From assembly GCA_963845515.1 (NCBI GenBank), contig CAWJSR010000017.1:1-64000 (forward strand): a stretch of 64,000 nt of DNA. The letters run 5' to 3'. Below are positions 11,689 through 23,767 of this stretch, in pieces. The position numbers were made by a program, and so were the translations under genes. A model generated the notes under the pieces. It was not told the origin of the DNA. It did not search any database and was given only the letters and a program-made list of their open reading frames with translations. The first letter of the stretch is position 1; each line of letters starts with the position of its first letter. The stretch comes from an uncultured delta proteobacterium. GTDB lineage: Bacteria; Myxococcota; Myxococcia; Myxococcales; Anaeromyxobacteraceae.

Positions 11689-13883
11689 TCACCTCCCTCT
11701 GGCCGCGCACCTCTCGCCACCCGGCAGCGCGCCGAGCGGTAGGCGGGGAACCCCGAGATGGGGTCCAGGTCGTCGGGGTCCAGCAGCAGGTTGACGTCGG
11801 CCTCGGGGTGGCCGTGGTACATGTGCACGACGCCTGGCCGGGCGAGCTCCGTGAGGTTGGCGAGCACGCGGATGGAGCCGGCGGGAGAGCTGAGCTCGAT
11901 CCAGTCGCCCTGGGCCACGCCGAGCGCCCGCGCGTCGGCCGGGTTGAGGTCCGCGGCCGGCCCGGGGCGCAGGCCGCGCGTCCACGGGAGCCGGTACGTG
12001 CGCGAGTGGATGAACATCGGCAGGCGCGACCCGGAGTTCAGGATGAACGGGTAGTCGCGCTCCAGGCCCGGGGCCGGCCGCGGCAAGCTCCTCGGCCGGC
12101 TTCCACGTGGGCAGGGCGTCCACGCCGATGCCCGGACCGAGCCGCTCCAGCACCGACGAGGCGAACTCCATCTTGCCCGACGGCGTCGGGAAGCCGCGCT
12201 CCAGGTACTGCCGGTCCGGCGCGCCGATCGGGTCGCGGACCGGCATGCCGCCGGGGTGCTGCGCCAGCTCGGCCATCGTCATGCCGCTCGGCTCGAAGAC
12301 CCAGTCGAGCGCGGCCGTGAAGGCGGACGCCGGATCGGCTGCGCCGTCCGGCTCCGGGTTGAGCAGCGGGTCGTCCAGCCCGAGCGCGCCGCGCGAGGGC
12401 GAACACGATGTCCGTGTCCGAGCGGGCCTCACCGAGCGGGGCGATCGCCGGCTCGGTCATCGTCACCCACTTCTGCGGGTAGCAGCGCACCTCGCTCCGC
12501 TCCACGGAGCTGCAGGCGGGCAGCACGATGTCGGCGTGGCGCGAGGCGTGCGTGGCGAAGAGGTCGACGTCGCAGATGAAGTCGAGCTCGTCGACGGCGT
12601 CGAGAAAGCGGTCCGGCGCCGGGAACATGCGGTGGTTGAGGCCGAAGGCGACCAGCGCGCGCAGCGGGTACGGGTCGCCGCTGCGGATCTGCCGTGGCAG
12701 GTCCATGGCCTGCGCCTGGTCGACGAGCTCCGCCCAGACGGGGAAGCGGCCGGCGCCGACGCGCGGCGGCAGGTCGTCCCAGGACCGCGGCAGCTCGAAC
12801 TCGTGCTGCCGGGTGACGAAGCCGGCGCCGGCCGATCTCCAGCCAGCTGAACGGCGCCGGCCTGTTGCCGCCGGCGACGTCGAAGTTGCCGGTGAGACCG
12901 ATGAGCGCGTACACGGCGCGCGCGTTCTGCACGCCGTTGGCGTGGTGGACCACCGGGGCCGCGCTGAACATGAGCGCGGCCGGCCTGGTGGTCGCGTAGA
13001 GCCTGGCGGCCGCGCGGATCTTCTCCGCCGGGACGCCGGTGATGCCCTCGACGCGCTCCGGGTCGAACTGCCGCACGTAGGCGCGGTACTCCGCGAACCC
13101 CTTCGTGTGCGCGGCGCAGAACTCGGCGTCGTGCAGCCCCTCCTCGAGGATCACGTGCGCGACGCCGAGCGCGAGCGCGCCGTCCGTGCCCGGCCGCAGC
13201 TGCAGGTGCACGTCCGCCCGCGCCGCGAGCTGCGTGCGGCGCGGGTCGACGACCACGAGCTTGACGCCCCGGTCGAGCGCGTCCATCAGGTGCCCCGCCG
13301 CAGGGGTGTTGGCGTGGAACGGGTTGGAGCTCCAGACGAGCGCGCAGCCGGCGTTGCGCATGTCGGGCCCCGCCATCTGCCCGTACAGCAGCCGGAACGC
13401 CATCATCGTGGCCGTGAAGCAGGAGCTCGACTCGGTGCAGAAGTTGGGCGAGCCGAACTGCAGGGCGAGGCGCTGGACGAACGGGCGCATCTGCTTGGGG
13501 TAGCCGCAGTAGAAGACGGCCGACTCGGCCCCGCTCTCGGCCTTGACGCGCTGGAGGTTGGCGGCGACCTCCTCGAGCGCCTCGTCCCACGTGATCGCCT
13601 CGAACTCGCCGGAGCCGCGCGGTCCCGTGCGCCGGAGCGGCGTGAGCAGCCTCTCCTCGTTGTAGACGTACTGGCGCGTCGCGGCGCCCTTGGAGCACAG
13701 CGAACCGCGGTTGTGCGGGTTCTCGCGCGAGCCCTCGACCTTGACGATGCGGCCGTCCCGCACTGAGAGGTCGAGTCCGCACTGCGTCATGGGGTCGCAG
13801 ATGGCGCACACCGACTTGCGGATCTCGATCCCCGTGTCGGAGCCGGGAAGCTTGGCCCTCAGCCTGCGCTGCGTGTCGTCCAC
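11689..13883 (-). CDS. Cytoplasmic molybdopterin-dependent oxidoreductase catalytic subunit (several indels)
   Basis: CAICDPMTQC...GSLCSKG, PLRRTGPRGSGEFEAITWDEAL, VDPRRT, RPGTDGALA, ADIVLPA, FPTPSGKMEF, C-terminal molybdopterin-dinucleotide domain; no Tat signal. Confidence 0.88.
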
Positions 13884-14075
13884 GTGATGCCCTCCCTCAC
13901 CGCCGCGAGTGAGGCGGCGGCGTTCGGCCGACCGTCCTCAAGGTCGCAGGGCTCGCGGCCGAGCGCCCGCAGCAGATTCTACGGGCCGGGCCGGGCCCGG
14001 TCCATGGTCGGGCGAGACCGGACGGCGGCGCTCGCGGGAGGCACGCGCCGCCGCCTCCTGCTACCGTTGGTTGCC

Positions 14076-15350
14076 ATGAGACGCCTGCACCACGACCGGG
14101 CCAGGCTGCTCGTCGCCCTGACGAGCCTGGCCCTCCTGCTCCTCCTCCTCGCGCCCGGCGTGGCGGCGGCGGGGCTCAAGAGCAGGATCGCCGCCACCCT
14201 GGAGCGCCACGGCATGGCCGGCTCGGGCACCTCCGTCGCGGTGTTCGACCTGACGACCAAGAAGTACCTGTACCAGCTGCGGCCGGACGTGCTGCGCGTG
14301 CCGGCCTCCAACGAGAAGCTCGTCACCTCCTCGGCGGCCCTCGCCCTCTGGTCCTCCGGGTACCGGTTCAGCACGCAGGTGTTCGTCGAAGCAGCCCCCG
14401 ATGCGGAAGGTGTGGTACGCGGCGACGTCTACCTGCGCGGCCTCGGCGACCCGACCTTCTCCACCGAGTCGTTCGCGGAGCGCCACTGGAACATGGAGAC
14501 CGGCGACGTGCAGGACCTCGTGCGCAGCCTGCGCACGCTCGGCGTGAAGCGCGTCACCGGGCGCGTCGTGGCCGACGAGGGCTACTTCGACGCCAAGCGG
14601 AGCGTCGGCGCCTGGCGGCCGAGCGTGGCCGCGTTCTGCGGCCCGCTCTCGGCCCTCACGCTCAACGCGAGCTTCGCGAGCGGCGGCGGCTACGTCCGCG
14701 ACCCGGCGCTCTCCGCCGCCACCTCGCTGACCAGGCGGCTGCGCGCCGCGGGCATCCGCGTGGCGCACGCTCCGGCCCGCGGCCTCGCGCCCGTCGACGC
14801 GACGCTCGTGTACACCGAGCGCTCCGCCCCGCTCAGCCGCGTGCTCGCCAAGATGAACAAGCCGAGCGACAACTTCCTCGCCGAGGAACTGCTCAAGGGC
14901 CTCGGCGCGGGGTTCGGGGCCGGCGGCACCACGGCGGCCGGCGCCGACGTCGCCAAGGAGTTCCTGCGGAGCATCGGCATCCCCGACGGCTACCGCCTGC
15001 GCGACGGCTCCGGCCTGAGCTACGGCGACCGCCTCACGGCTCGGGCCGTGCTCAAGGTCCTCGGCGAGATGGCGCGGCGGGAGGACTTCCCCGTGTTCCG
15101 CCGCTCCCTGGCGGTCGCCGGCGTGGACGGCACGCTCAAGACGCGCATGCGCGGCACCGCGGCCGCCGGCAACGTGCGCGCCAAGACCGGCACGCTCAAC
15201 GTCGCCAGCAGCCTCTCCGGCTACGTGACGACCGCCAACGGCCACACGCTCACCTTCTCGCTCCTGATGAACGGCGACCCCGTGGACTACGCGGGGGCGC
15301 ACGCCGCCCAGGACGCCGTCGCCGTCCTGCTGGCGCGCTCCGCCCCCTGA
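14076..15350 (+). CDS. dacB: D-Ala-D-Ala carboxypeptidase/endopeptidase (PBP4, peptidase S13)
   Basis: Signal peptide, PASNEK (SxxK), GLGDPT, SDN (SxN), DGSGLS, AKTGTL. Confidence 0.92.
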   Translation: MRRLHHDRARLLVALTSLALLLLLLAPGVAAAGLKSRIAATLERHGMAGSGTSVAVFDLTTKKYLYQLRPDVLRVPASNEKLVTSSAALALWSSGYRFSTQVFVEAAPDAEGVVRGDVYLRGLGDPTFSTESFAERHWNMETGDVQDLVRSLRTLGVKRVTGRVVADEGYFDAKRSVGAWRPSVAAFCGPLSALTLNASFASGGGYVRDPALSAATSLTRRLRAAGIRVAHAPARGLAPVDATLVYTERSAPLSRVLAKMNKPSDNFLAEELLKGLGAGFGAGGTTAAGADVAKEFLRSIGIPDGYRLRDGSGLSYGDRLTARAVLKVLGEMARREDFPVFRRSLAVAGVDGTLKTRMRGTAAAGNVRAKTGTLNVASSLSGYVTTANGHTLTFSLLMNGDPVDYAGAHAAQDAVAVLLARSAP

Positions 15351-15461
15351 CGGCACGCGCCCGCGCCGCACCCGTCCCTCTCCGGCGTCGCCGGCAGGCC
15401 CAGCAGCCTGCCTCCCCCTCCTCGCGCGTTACCTGAGCCCGCCGGCTGGGCACCCAGAGGT

Positions 15462-16295
15462 ATGGCACGGCCACTCTGGAAAGGCGCGATCAGCTTCGGG
15501 CTGGTCACCATCCCCGTGAACGTCTACTCGGCGACGCGGACCGACACGCTGCGCTTCCGCCAGCTCGACCGGCGCGACAACTCGCCCATCCGCGAGAAGC
15601 GCGTCAACGAGGAGACCGGCGAAGAGGTCGTGTGGGACGACGTCGTCAAGGGCTACGAGTACGAGGAAGGCTCGTTCGTCGTCCTCGACCAGGAGGACTT
15701 CACCAGCGCCAACGTCAAAGCCACCGAGACCATCGACATCGTCCAGGCGGTGCCGCGGGACGCGATCCCGGCCGAGTTCTTCGAGAAGCCGCTCTACGTG
15801 GTCCCGTCCAGGCAGGGCGTCAAGGCCTACCACATCCTGCGCGAGACGCTGCGGCGCAGCGGGCGGGCGGCCGTGGCGACCATCGTCATGCGCGGCCGCC
15901 AGCACCTGGCGGCGCTGATCGCCGACGAGCGCATCATCACGCTCGAGCTGCTGCGCTACGCGCACGAGATCAAGGCCGTGGAGGAGCTGGGCGCCGACGA
16001 GTTTCTGGAGGCGCCCGAGGTCAAGGACAAGGAGGTCGAGCTCGCCGAGCAGCTGGTGGCGGCGCTCGACGAGGCGTGGGAGCCGGAGCAGTTCCGCGAC
16101 CAGTACCGCGACGACCTCCTGCAGCTGATCGAGGCGAAGGCCAAGACGGGCACAGCGCCGGTCAAGGCGGGCGCGCCGCGCGAGAGCGGCGGCGAAGTCG
16201 TGGACATGATGGAGCTCCTCAAGCGGAGCGTCGGCGAGGCCAAGGGGCGCAAGGGCGAGAAGGGCAAGAGGGCCTCGCGCCGCAAGGCGGGCTGA
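15462..16295 (+). CDS. ku: NHEJ DNA end-binding protein Ku
   Basis: MARPLWKGAISFGLVTIPV, VKGYEYE, VVDMMELLKRS, basic C-terminal tail. Confidence 0.95.
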   Translation: MARPLWKGAISFGLVTIPVNVYSATRTDTLRFRQLDRRDNSPIREKRVNEETGEEVVWDDVVKGYEYEEGSFVVLDQEDFTSANVKATETIDIVQAVPRDAIPAEFFEKPLYVVPSRQGVKAYHILRETLRRSGRAAVATIVMRGRQHLAALIADERIITLELLRYAHEIKAVEELGADEFLEAPEVKDKEVELAEQLVAALDEAWEPEQFRDQYRDDLLQLIEAKAKTGTAPVKAGAPRESGGEVVDMMELLKRSVGEAKGRKGEKGKRASRRKAG

Positions 16296-16328
16296 CCGGG
16301 CGCGCCGGCAGGGGCGAGCTGATCCGTC

Positions 16329-18819
16329 ATGGCCGAGCTCGGCACCTACCGGCGCAAGCGGGACTTCAACAGGACGGCGGAGCCGGAGGGCGAGAGCGGC
16401 CGGCGCCCGACGGGCCGGGGCCGCGAGAAGACGGCAGGCGGCCTGTTCTGCATCCAGAAGCACGCCGCCTCCCGCCTGCACTACGACCTCCGCCTGGAGC
16501 TGGACGGCGTGCTCGTCAGCTGGGCCGTGCCCAAGGGCCCCAGCTACGACCCCGGGACCAAGCGGCTCGCCGTGCACGTGGAGGACCACCCCGTCGAGTA
16601 CGGCGACTTCGAGGGCACGATCCCCAAGGGCGAGTACGGCGGCGGCACGGTGATGCTCTGGGACACCGGCACCTGGGAGCCGCTGGAGGGCGACCCCCGC
16701 GAGGGCCTCGAGAAGGGCGAGCTGAAGTTCCGGGTGGAGGGCGAACGGCTGCGCGGAGGCTGGGTGCTGGTGCACACCGGCGGCCGTCGCGACCGGCCGG
16801 AGAACGAGTGGCTGCTGATCAAGGAGCGTGACGACGAGGCGCGGCGCGGCGAGCCGGACCCGTGGGGCCCGGACGATCGCAGCGTCTCGACGGGCCGGAC
16901 GATGGAGGAGATCGCCGCCGGCGAGAGGCCGCGCAAGACGGCCGCGGCCCGCGGCGGCGCCCTCCCCTCCATCGTGCCCCTCTCCCTGGCCACACTCGTC
17001 GAGGAGCCGCCCGAAGGCGACGAGTGGGTGCACGAGATCAAGTACGACGGCTACCGCATCGCCGCGCGCGTGGACGGCGGCGACGTGCGCCTGTTCTCGC
17101 GCAACGAGCTCGACTGGACCGGCCGGTTCGGGGAGGTCGCCACTGCGCTGAAGACCCTGCCGACCGGCGGCACCTGGCTCGACGGCGAGGTGGTGGTGTT
17201 CGACGAGCGCGGCGTGAGCGATTTCGGGCGCCTGCAGCGGTACGTCAAGGACGGGCGGCCGGGCGACCTGACCTACGTGGTCTTCGACCTGCTGTTCCAG
17301 GACGGCGAGGACCTGCGCGGGCTGCCGCTCGAGGAGCGCAAGCGGCGGCTGCGCCGGCTGCTCGAGCGCGGCGGCGCCGAGCTGCGCGCTGTGGTCCGCT
17401 ACGGCGACCACATCGAGGGCCGCGGCGCCGCCGTGCACGAGGAGGCCTGCCTGCAGGGGCTGGAGGGCATCGTCTCCAAGCGCGCCGGCGCCGCCTACGC
17501 CGGCCGGCGCACGAAGTCGTGGCTCAAGAGCAAGTGCGTCCACCGACAGGAGTTCGTCGTCGGCGGCTTCACGGAGCCGACCGGCTCGCGCAAGGGGTTC
17601 GGCGCCCTCCTCATCGGCGTGCACGACGGGGAGGGCGCCCTGCGCTTCGCCGGTCGTGTCGGCAGCGGGTTCGACGACCGCACGCTCGCCCGGCTGCACG
17701 AGCAGCTGAAGGACATCGAGCGGGACGCGCCGTCGTTCGCCGACCCGCCGCGCGGCGCGCAGGCTCGCGGCGTGCACTGGGTGGAGCCACGCCTGGTCGC
17801 CGAAGTCCGCTTCAGCGAGTGGACCGGCGACGGCCAGCTGCGCCACCCCGTGTTCCAGGGGCTGCGCGAGGACAAGGACCCCGCCGGAGTGGCGCACGAG
17901 GTCGCCTCCGCGCGCCCCCGGCCGCCTCCCCGGCGTCCCAAGCCGTCGGTCCTCGGCGTGAGCATCAGCCACCCGGACCGCGTCGTCTTCCCCGACCCCG
18001 GCCTCACCAAGCTCGACGTGGCGGAGTACTACGAGGCCGTCGCCGGCCTCATGGTGCCGTACCTGGCGCGGCGCGCGCTCACCGTGATCCGCTGTCCCGA
18101 CGGGATCGGGTCCCAGTGCTTCTTCCAGAAGCACGTGACGCCATCGGTGCCGAAGGCGGTGGCCAAGGCGCGCGTCAAGGGCGCCGACGGCAAGACGATC
18201 GTGTACCCGGTGGTCGACACGCCCGAGGGCCTGGTGGCCATGGTGCAGAACGGCGCCGTGGAGTTCCACGTCTGGGGGTCCCGCGTGGGCGCGATCGAGA
18301 CGCCGGACATGCTGGTGTTCGACCTCGACCCGGCGCCGGACGTGCCGTGGCGGCGCGTGCGCGAGGCGGCGCGCGCGCTCCGCGACGAGCTGGAGGCGCG
18401 CGGCCTGGAGAGCTTCCTGCGCACCTCCGGCGGCAAGGGCCTGCACGTCGTGGTGCCGTACACCTCGCGCGCGCAGTGGCCGCGCGCGGGGGCGTTCGCG
18501 CGCGAGGTGGTGGAGGCGCTCGTCGCGCGCGAGCCGGCGAAGTACACGGCGACGATGAGCAAGGCCAAGCGCGGCGGCAAGGTGTTCGTGGACCACTTCC
18601 GGAACGGGCGCGGAGCGACGTCCGTGACGTCGTACTCGCTCCGCAGCCGGCCCGGAGCGCCGGTGGCCCTGCCCATCAGCTGGGACGAGCTGGGCAAGGT
18701 CAGGGCCGGCAACGAGTGGACGGCGGCGCGCGTGCTCCGCCGCCTGCAGCGCGCGCGACGAGGACCCCTGGCAGGACTTCTGGGCGGTGGGCGAGCGGCA
18801 GACGCTCCCCGCCGGCTGA
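16329..18819 (+). CDS. ligD: Multifunctional NHEJ DNA ligase D (phosphoesterase-ligase-polymerase); indel near the end, likely true stop at 18817-18819
   Basis: QKHAASRLHYDLRLE (PE), EIKYDGYR and EGIVSK (ligase), RCPDG, FDLDP, SGGKGLH (polymerase). Confidence 0.95.
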
Positions 18820-18923
18820 CGGCGCGGCGAGCCGACGGCCGGCATGCGCCCCCATTGCTGTGGACAGCGGGCGGAGGCGTGGTAGCGTTGTCACCGTGAA
18901 GTGGCCCTTGAGGGGGGGACACG

Positions 18924-19574
18924 ATGATCGAGAGCACGACGACCAGGCCCATCAAGGTGGTGATCGTCGACGACCACGAGCTGGTGCGCGGCGGGCTCGA
19001 GAGCATCCTCGGACTCTTCGACGACATCGAGCTGGTGGGGCAGGCCGACTGCGGCGCCGCCGCCGTGAGCCTCTGCGGCGAGACGCAGCCGGACGTGGTG
19101 CTCATGGACCTGGTGCTCCCGGGAGGCATGGACGGCGCGGAGGCCACGAAGGAACTCCTCCGCGCCTGCCCCGGCGCCAAGGTCCTGGCGCTCACCAGCT
19201 TCTCCGACCCGGAGCTCATCCAGCGCGTGCTCCAGGCCGGCGCGCTCGGCTGCCTGCTCAAGAACGTGAGCGGCAAGGAGCTCGCGACGGCGATCCGCAA
19301 GGCGCACATGGGCACGAGCACGCTCGCCCCGGAGGCGGCCGACGCACTGGTGCACGCCCTCTCCTCAGGGCTGGACGCACACGCCGGCCTCACGCGCCGC
19401 GAGCAGGACGTCCTCGCACTCATCGTGGAGGGCCTCACCAACGCGGAGATCGCCGAGCGGCTCATCGTGAGCCTCTCCACCGTCAAGACCCACGTGAGCA
19501 GCATCATCGCCAAGCTCGGGGCATCGACGCGCACGGAGGCGGCAGCGATCGCCGTGCGCGAGCACCTCGTCTGA
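18924..19574 (+). CDS. NarL/LuxR-family response regulator
   Basis: VIVDDHELVR, PDVVLMD, LTRREQDVL...GLTNAEIAERL...STVKTHVSSI. Confidence 0.93.
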   Translation: MIESTTTRPIKVVIVDDHELVRGGLESILGLFDDIELVGQADCGAAAVSLCGETQPDVVLMDLVLPGGMDGAEATKELLRACPGAKVLALTSFSDPELIQRVLQAGALGCLLKNVSGKELATAIRKAHMGTSTLAPEAADALVHALSSGLDAHAGLTRREQDVLALIVEGLTNAEIAERLIVSLSTVKTHVSSIIAKLGASTRTEAAAIAVREHLV

Positions 19575-19817
19575 CGGGCGCCGCCGCGAGGAGGCCTCCG
19601 CGCCGGCAGGTCCCTCGCCGCTGCCCGGCCTCCTGCCTTGTGGGGGTCGCCGTATCGGTCAGGTGACCAGTCAGAAGACCGTCCCCGTGACCCACTCCAA
19701 CTGTGTCCCCCTGCCCGATGCGCGTGCGCCGTCCCCTCCCTAGGCTTGTCGTGGCGATCGGCGCGACCGGTCTCGCACCGATCGCCGGTACGACTGCCGC
19801 TGCGAAAGGTGCACACG

Positions 19818-20228
19818 ATGACTACGAGGATCACCGGCACGCTCAACCCGTGGGGACCCGTCTCGCAGGCGAACCGGGTCCGCTCCTACCAGAGCGGTCG
19901 CATCTGCTTCCACCCCGAGTGCGAGACGATCCTGTCGATCTACAACCCGTCCAGGTACTGCTCGATGCACGCGGCGCTGGCGGCGGGCGGGCGCCGCCGC
20001 GGCGTGCCGCGGCCGATCAGGGAGATCGCGTGCGAGCAGTGCGGGACGGTGTTCGAGACCGGCAACCAGGCGCGCAAGTTCTGCAGCGACCGGTGCCGGA
20101 TGGCGGCGTTCGCGCGCCGCAAGCGCGCCGCGCTCCGCGCGGAGAGCCATCTGCGGAAGACACAACAAGCCCTCCTGGCGGCGGCCCCGGCTCCCGACGG
20201 GCGAGAGCCGGTCGGGAGCGCCGCCTGA
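19818..20228 (+). CDS. Small double zinc-finger protein (CGNR-like second finger)
   Basis: RBS AAAGG; CFHPEC...YCSMH and CEQC...FCSDRCR followed by a basic helix. Confidence 0.7.
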   Translation: MTTRITGTLNPWGPVSQANRVRSYQSGRICFHPECETILSIYNPSRYCSMHAALAAGGRRRGVPRPIREIACEQCGTVFETGNQARKFCSDRCRMAAFARRKRAALRAESHLRKTQQALLAAAPAPDGREPVGSAA

Positions 20229-20331
20229 CACGCGCCGCCGGGCGGACCCATGCCGCCCGGCCCCGCCGTATCCGCCGGCCCCGAGCCTCAGGCCCCGAGA
20301 GCTCACGGCGGATACGGCGGTTCGGCGCGCC

Positions 20332-23300
20332 TCAGTACACCTTCACGTAGCGGTACGGGCTCGTCGAGGCGGCGTGGTCGACGTCGCCGGCGAAGGTGGC
20401 GGCCCAGCGGTAGGTGCCCTTGTACCTGGGCCGCCACGACCACGTGTAGCCGCTCGCCGCGTTCAAGGTCCGCACGGCGCTCTTCGCCTTGACCCACTTG
20501 CGCGACTTGTAGCGGTACGCGGTCACGGTGACCGTGCCGGCCGTCGTCCCGTCACCGAGCTTGGTGTGGCTGGGGCTCACGGAGCCCTTGGCGTACACGG
20601 ACCTGCCGAGCTTGTAGTTGAAGTACTTGCCGCGCTTCGAGGAGTACTTGGCGAGAGTCAGGGTGACCTTGGGTTTGACCTGCACCCGGACTGTGCCGAC
20701 GGCCGGCGGGTACGTGACCGTCAGGATGGTCCCGCCGGCCCACGTGGCGCGGTAGCTCGTCGTCGCGGTCGGCTTGACCGGCGCCGGCAGGCTGAACGCT
20801 CCGGTAGCCGGAACCGTCGTGACCTTGCCGATCTCGGTGTAGCCCGTGGTCCCCGCGACGCACTGGCTGATCGTGACCTCCTGGCCACCCAGGGCCAGGG
20901 CGTCGCCGTTGGCGGCGTCCTGCGGAGTCGGGTCGCTGACGAGCTTGCCGCTCAGGGGGGGCGATCGTGGCGGCGGCGCCGGTCACGGGCGTCGGCGCGA
21001 CGACCTGCGCTCCGGCGTCGTCGCGCACGCCCACGGTGAGACCCGTGCCCGCCGGCACGTCGGTCGAGAGGATCAGGTCACCCCACGAGAGCAGGTACTT
21101 GCCGTCAATGGGGCCGATCGGCACGGTGACGGCCGTCGCGCTCGTCGGGAACCGGACGGGCGCGTGGTTCACGGTGAGCTGCTCGAGCGTCGGCGTGGAC
21201 GCGGCCGACTCGCTGGTCATCCTCACCTGCCAGCGCATCTTCTCCACGGTGAGCGCGAACGGGAGGTCGGAGTCGCTCTGGACCTGGTACGGGTCGGACC
21301 AGCCGCCGGAGAGCGTCGGGTAGTAGCTCACCCACACCTCGCGACGCGGTGCCGGCCGGTGTGGTCGCCGGCGTCCAGCCGATCTTCTTCCAGTCGCGGA
21401 CGCCGCCGCCGTCCAGCTCGTAGGTAGCGGCGCCGGAGGCGACGTACCCGGCGCCCGCCGCCGTGGCCTTGCCCACGCGCGTCCAGCCGAACCGGTCCGT
21501 GCCGGTGAAGAACAGGCCCTCGCCGCCGGCTCCGATCGGCCCGGCGGAACTCGGGTCCACCCCGCCCTCGGTGAAGTCGTAGGCGTCGGTGGACGCGTCC
21601 ATCACGACGCCCCGCCTTGTCCACGTGGAGAGGTCCGCGGGCGCGGTGGCGCAGGCGACGCGGTGCACGCCGTCCGCGCCGATCGCTGTGTAGAAGAGCC
21701 GCCACGTGCCGTCCGCGGCGAGGTGAGCGACGGGGTGGCGCAGGCCACCGGCGTCGTAGGTTCCCAGCGTCGGCCCGAGGATCTGGTGCGCCGAGGAGAA
21801 GGTCGTCGGGGCGGCGGTCGTGGAGGTCGCCAGACCGAGCGACCACTTCCCCGCGCCGTCCTTGCCGGCGTAGAAGAGGGCGAGCGAGGACCCGCTGGCG
21901 ACCGTGCACGGATCCGCCTGACCGGCGGCGTCGTAGGCGCCGCCGCTCGCGAGCACCGGCGCCGTCGCGGTCCGCGTGACGGTGGTCAGGTCGCTGGAGA
22001 CCGTGTGCATCCCGATGGAGCTCGCCGGCTCCGGCGCGCTCGCGTCGAGCGAGGTGTGGTAGACCCACCAGCCGGAGGCGTCACCCTTGAGGACCGGGGA
22101 CGGACAGGCCACGCCACCGGCGTCGAAACCGCTCGGGCCCTTGTCGATCAGCGTCGCGTGCGTCCCCACGTCGGTCCAGGTGAGGCCGCTGTCGCCCGAC
22201 TGCTTGACGCCGATGCGGCTGTCGAAGTCGGCCGCGTTGACTCCGGTGTAGAAGCCGTACAGGCCCGTGCCGGCCGCTGCCGGCTTGGCCACGGGCCTCA
22301 GGTCCGCCACCTTCATGGTGTCGAAGGCCGCGCCCTGCGCACCCAGCGTGAGCACCGACTCGTAGTAGGGGTCGCCGGCGGGCCCCGGCGCCTTGTCCCA
22401 GTTCGAGAGCGAGTTGTTCTTGCTCTGGTAGGCGAGCCCGATGCGGTCGTGGAAGTTGAGGTTCGCGTCGAGGTCGTTGCCCACGTACCACATCTTGTAG
22501 GGATGGGTCGCATCCGTCGGGTCGCTGAGGATCGTCGGCTGCGAGACGTTGTCGGCGTCGAAGACCGACGTCCCGCCGGCGGCCTTGAAGGCGACGTTGG
22601 CGGCGTTCCACGTGAGCCCGTCCTGGCTCGAGGCGTAGATCAGGCTGCTCTGGACACCGACGCCGGCACGGTCTTGTTGCCGGTGAAGATCATGGAGAAC
22701 CCGACCTGCGTGCGCACGACCGCCGGAGCGAACGCGCCCAGGCTGTAGTTGCCGCCGCTCACGTCGAAGACCACGCCGCCGCGCTTCCAGGTGAGGCCGT
22801 CGCTCGAGGTCGCGTAGGCCACGCGGGTGTTCTCCGAGTCGTCGGCCGTGTACCACATGAAGTACACGCCGTTGTCGACCAGGACGCACGGCTGCATCAC
22901 CCGGTGGCTGTCGGCCATGCCGGGCTTGCCGGGCGGCAGCACCTCGCCGTGCCTGGTCCAGGTACGGCCGTCGAGCGAGGTCGCGTAGCCGACGCCGCCG
23001 CTGGTCTCGTCCTCGGCGGCGTACCACATCCTGAAGGGCGCCGCCGTGTTCGCCGGGTCGTAGACCACGCTCGGTTTGGTGAGCTGGCGCGAGTCGAACT
23101 CACCCTCGTCGCCCAGGTCCAGCACAGGCGCGGGCTCCTTGGTCCAGGTGGTGCCGTTGGTCGAGGTGGCCAGATAGATGCTCTGCGCGAACCTGTCCTC
23201 CGGCACGCCCGCGTACCACATGTAGTACTTGTTGCCGTCGCCACTGATGCGCTGCACGCTCATCCCGCCGACGCTGTAGCCGTCCACGCTCGCCGCCGTG

Positions 23301-23680
23301 ACAGGGGCGAGCACGGGGTCGCCGGCGGCGCGCCGGAAGGCGAACGGCACGGAGGGCAGCCTCAAGGCGCCGGCCACCGTGGCGCCGTCGAGCGTGGAGA
23401 GGCCGACGACGGGACCGAGCGGGGTCGTCGGGGCGGTGAAGTCGGCGGTGGAGGTCCACGTCGCCGCCACCGCCGTCCCGTTGGTGGCCATGCGCAGGCC
23501 GCCGAGGGCGTCGAGCGTCACGCCGCTGCTCTGCGCCGTGTCGACGCCGCTGAGATCCTGGAACCCGTCGAAGTAGGCGACGTCCGAGCGCGTCACCGCG
23601 CCGGCCGTCACGCCCGCGAGCAGCGCGACCGCGGCGAGCGCCGCGACGGCGGCTGCGAGCCGCATCCTGTGCCGGAACAT
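20332..23680 (-). CDS. Large secreted protein with ten GH32/43/130-type beta-propeller blades and C-terminal Ig-like and basic domains (several indels)
   Basis: Signal peptide MFRHRMRLAAAVAALAAVALLAG; repeated PVL..G..FD...P.V...MWY.G...IG.ATS.DG.TW units; ORF pieces 22640-23710, 21105-23027, 20552-21337 and 20332-20685 join up. Confidence 0.75.
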
Positions 23681-23767
23681 GCTGGGACCTCCCCCATCTG
23701 TGCTCGGCACGGCGTCTCGCGCCGGCCGGCGCGCGGCGTCCCCTCAGGCGCCGCCCGCAGTAGTCTT

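Noticed and set aside
11178..12086. In-frame fusion of the Mo-enzyme C-terminus with the 4Fe-4S subunit
   Set aside because: An RBS plus GTG at 11684 and an off-frame TGA at 11689 suggest two genes joined by an indel.
19660..19690. Cobalamin riboswitch-like GTCAGAAGACC
   Set aside because: The upstream GGGAA/CGGTG core and the B12 box are missing.
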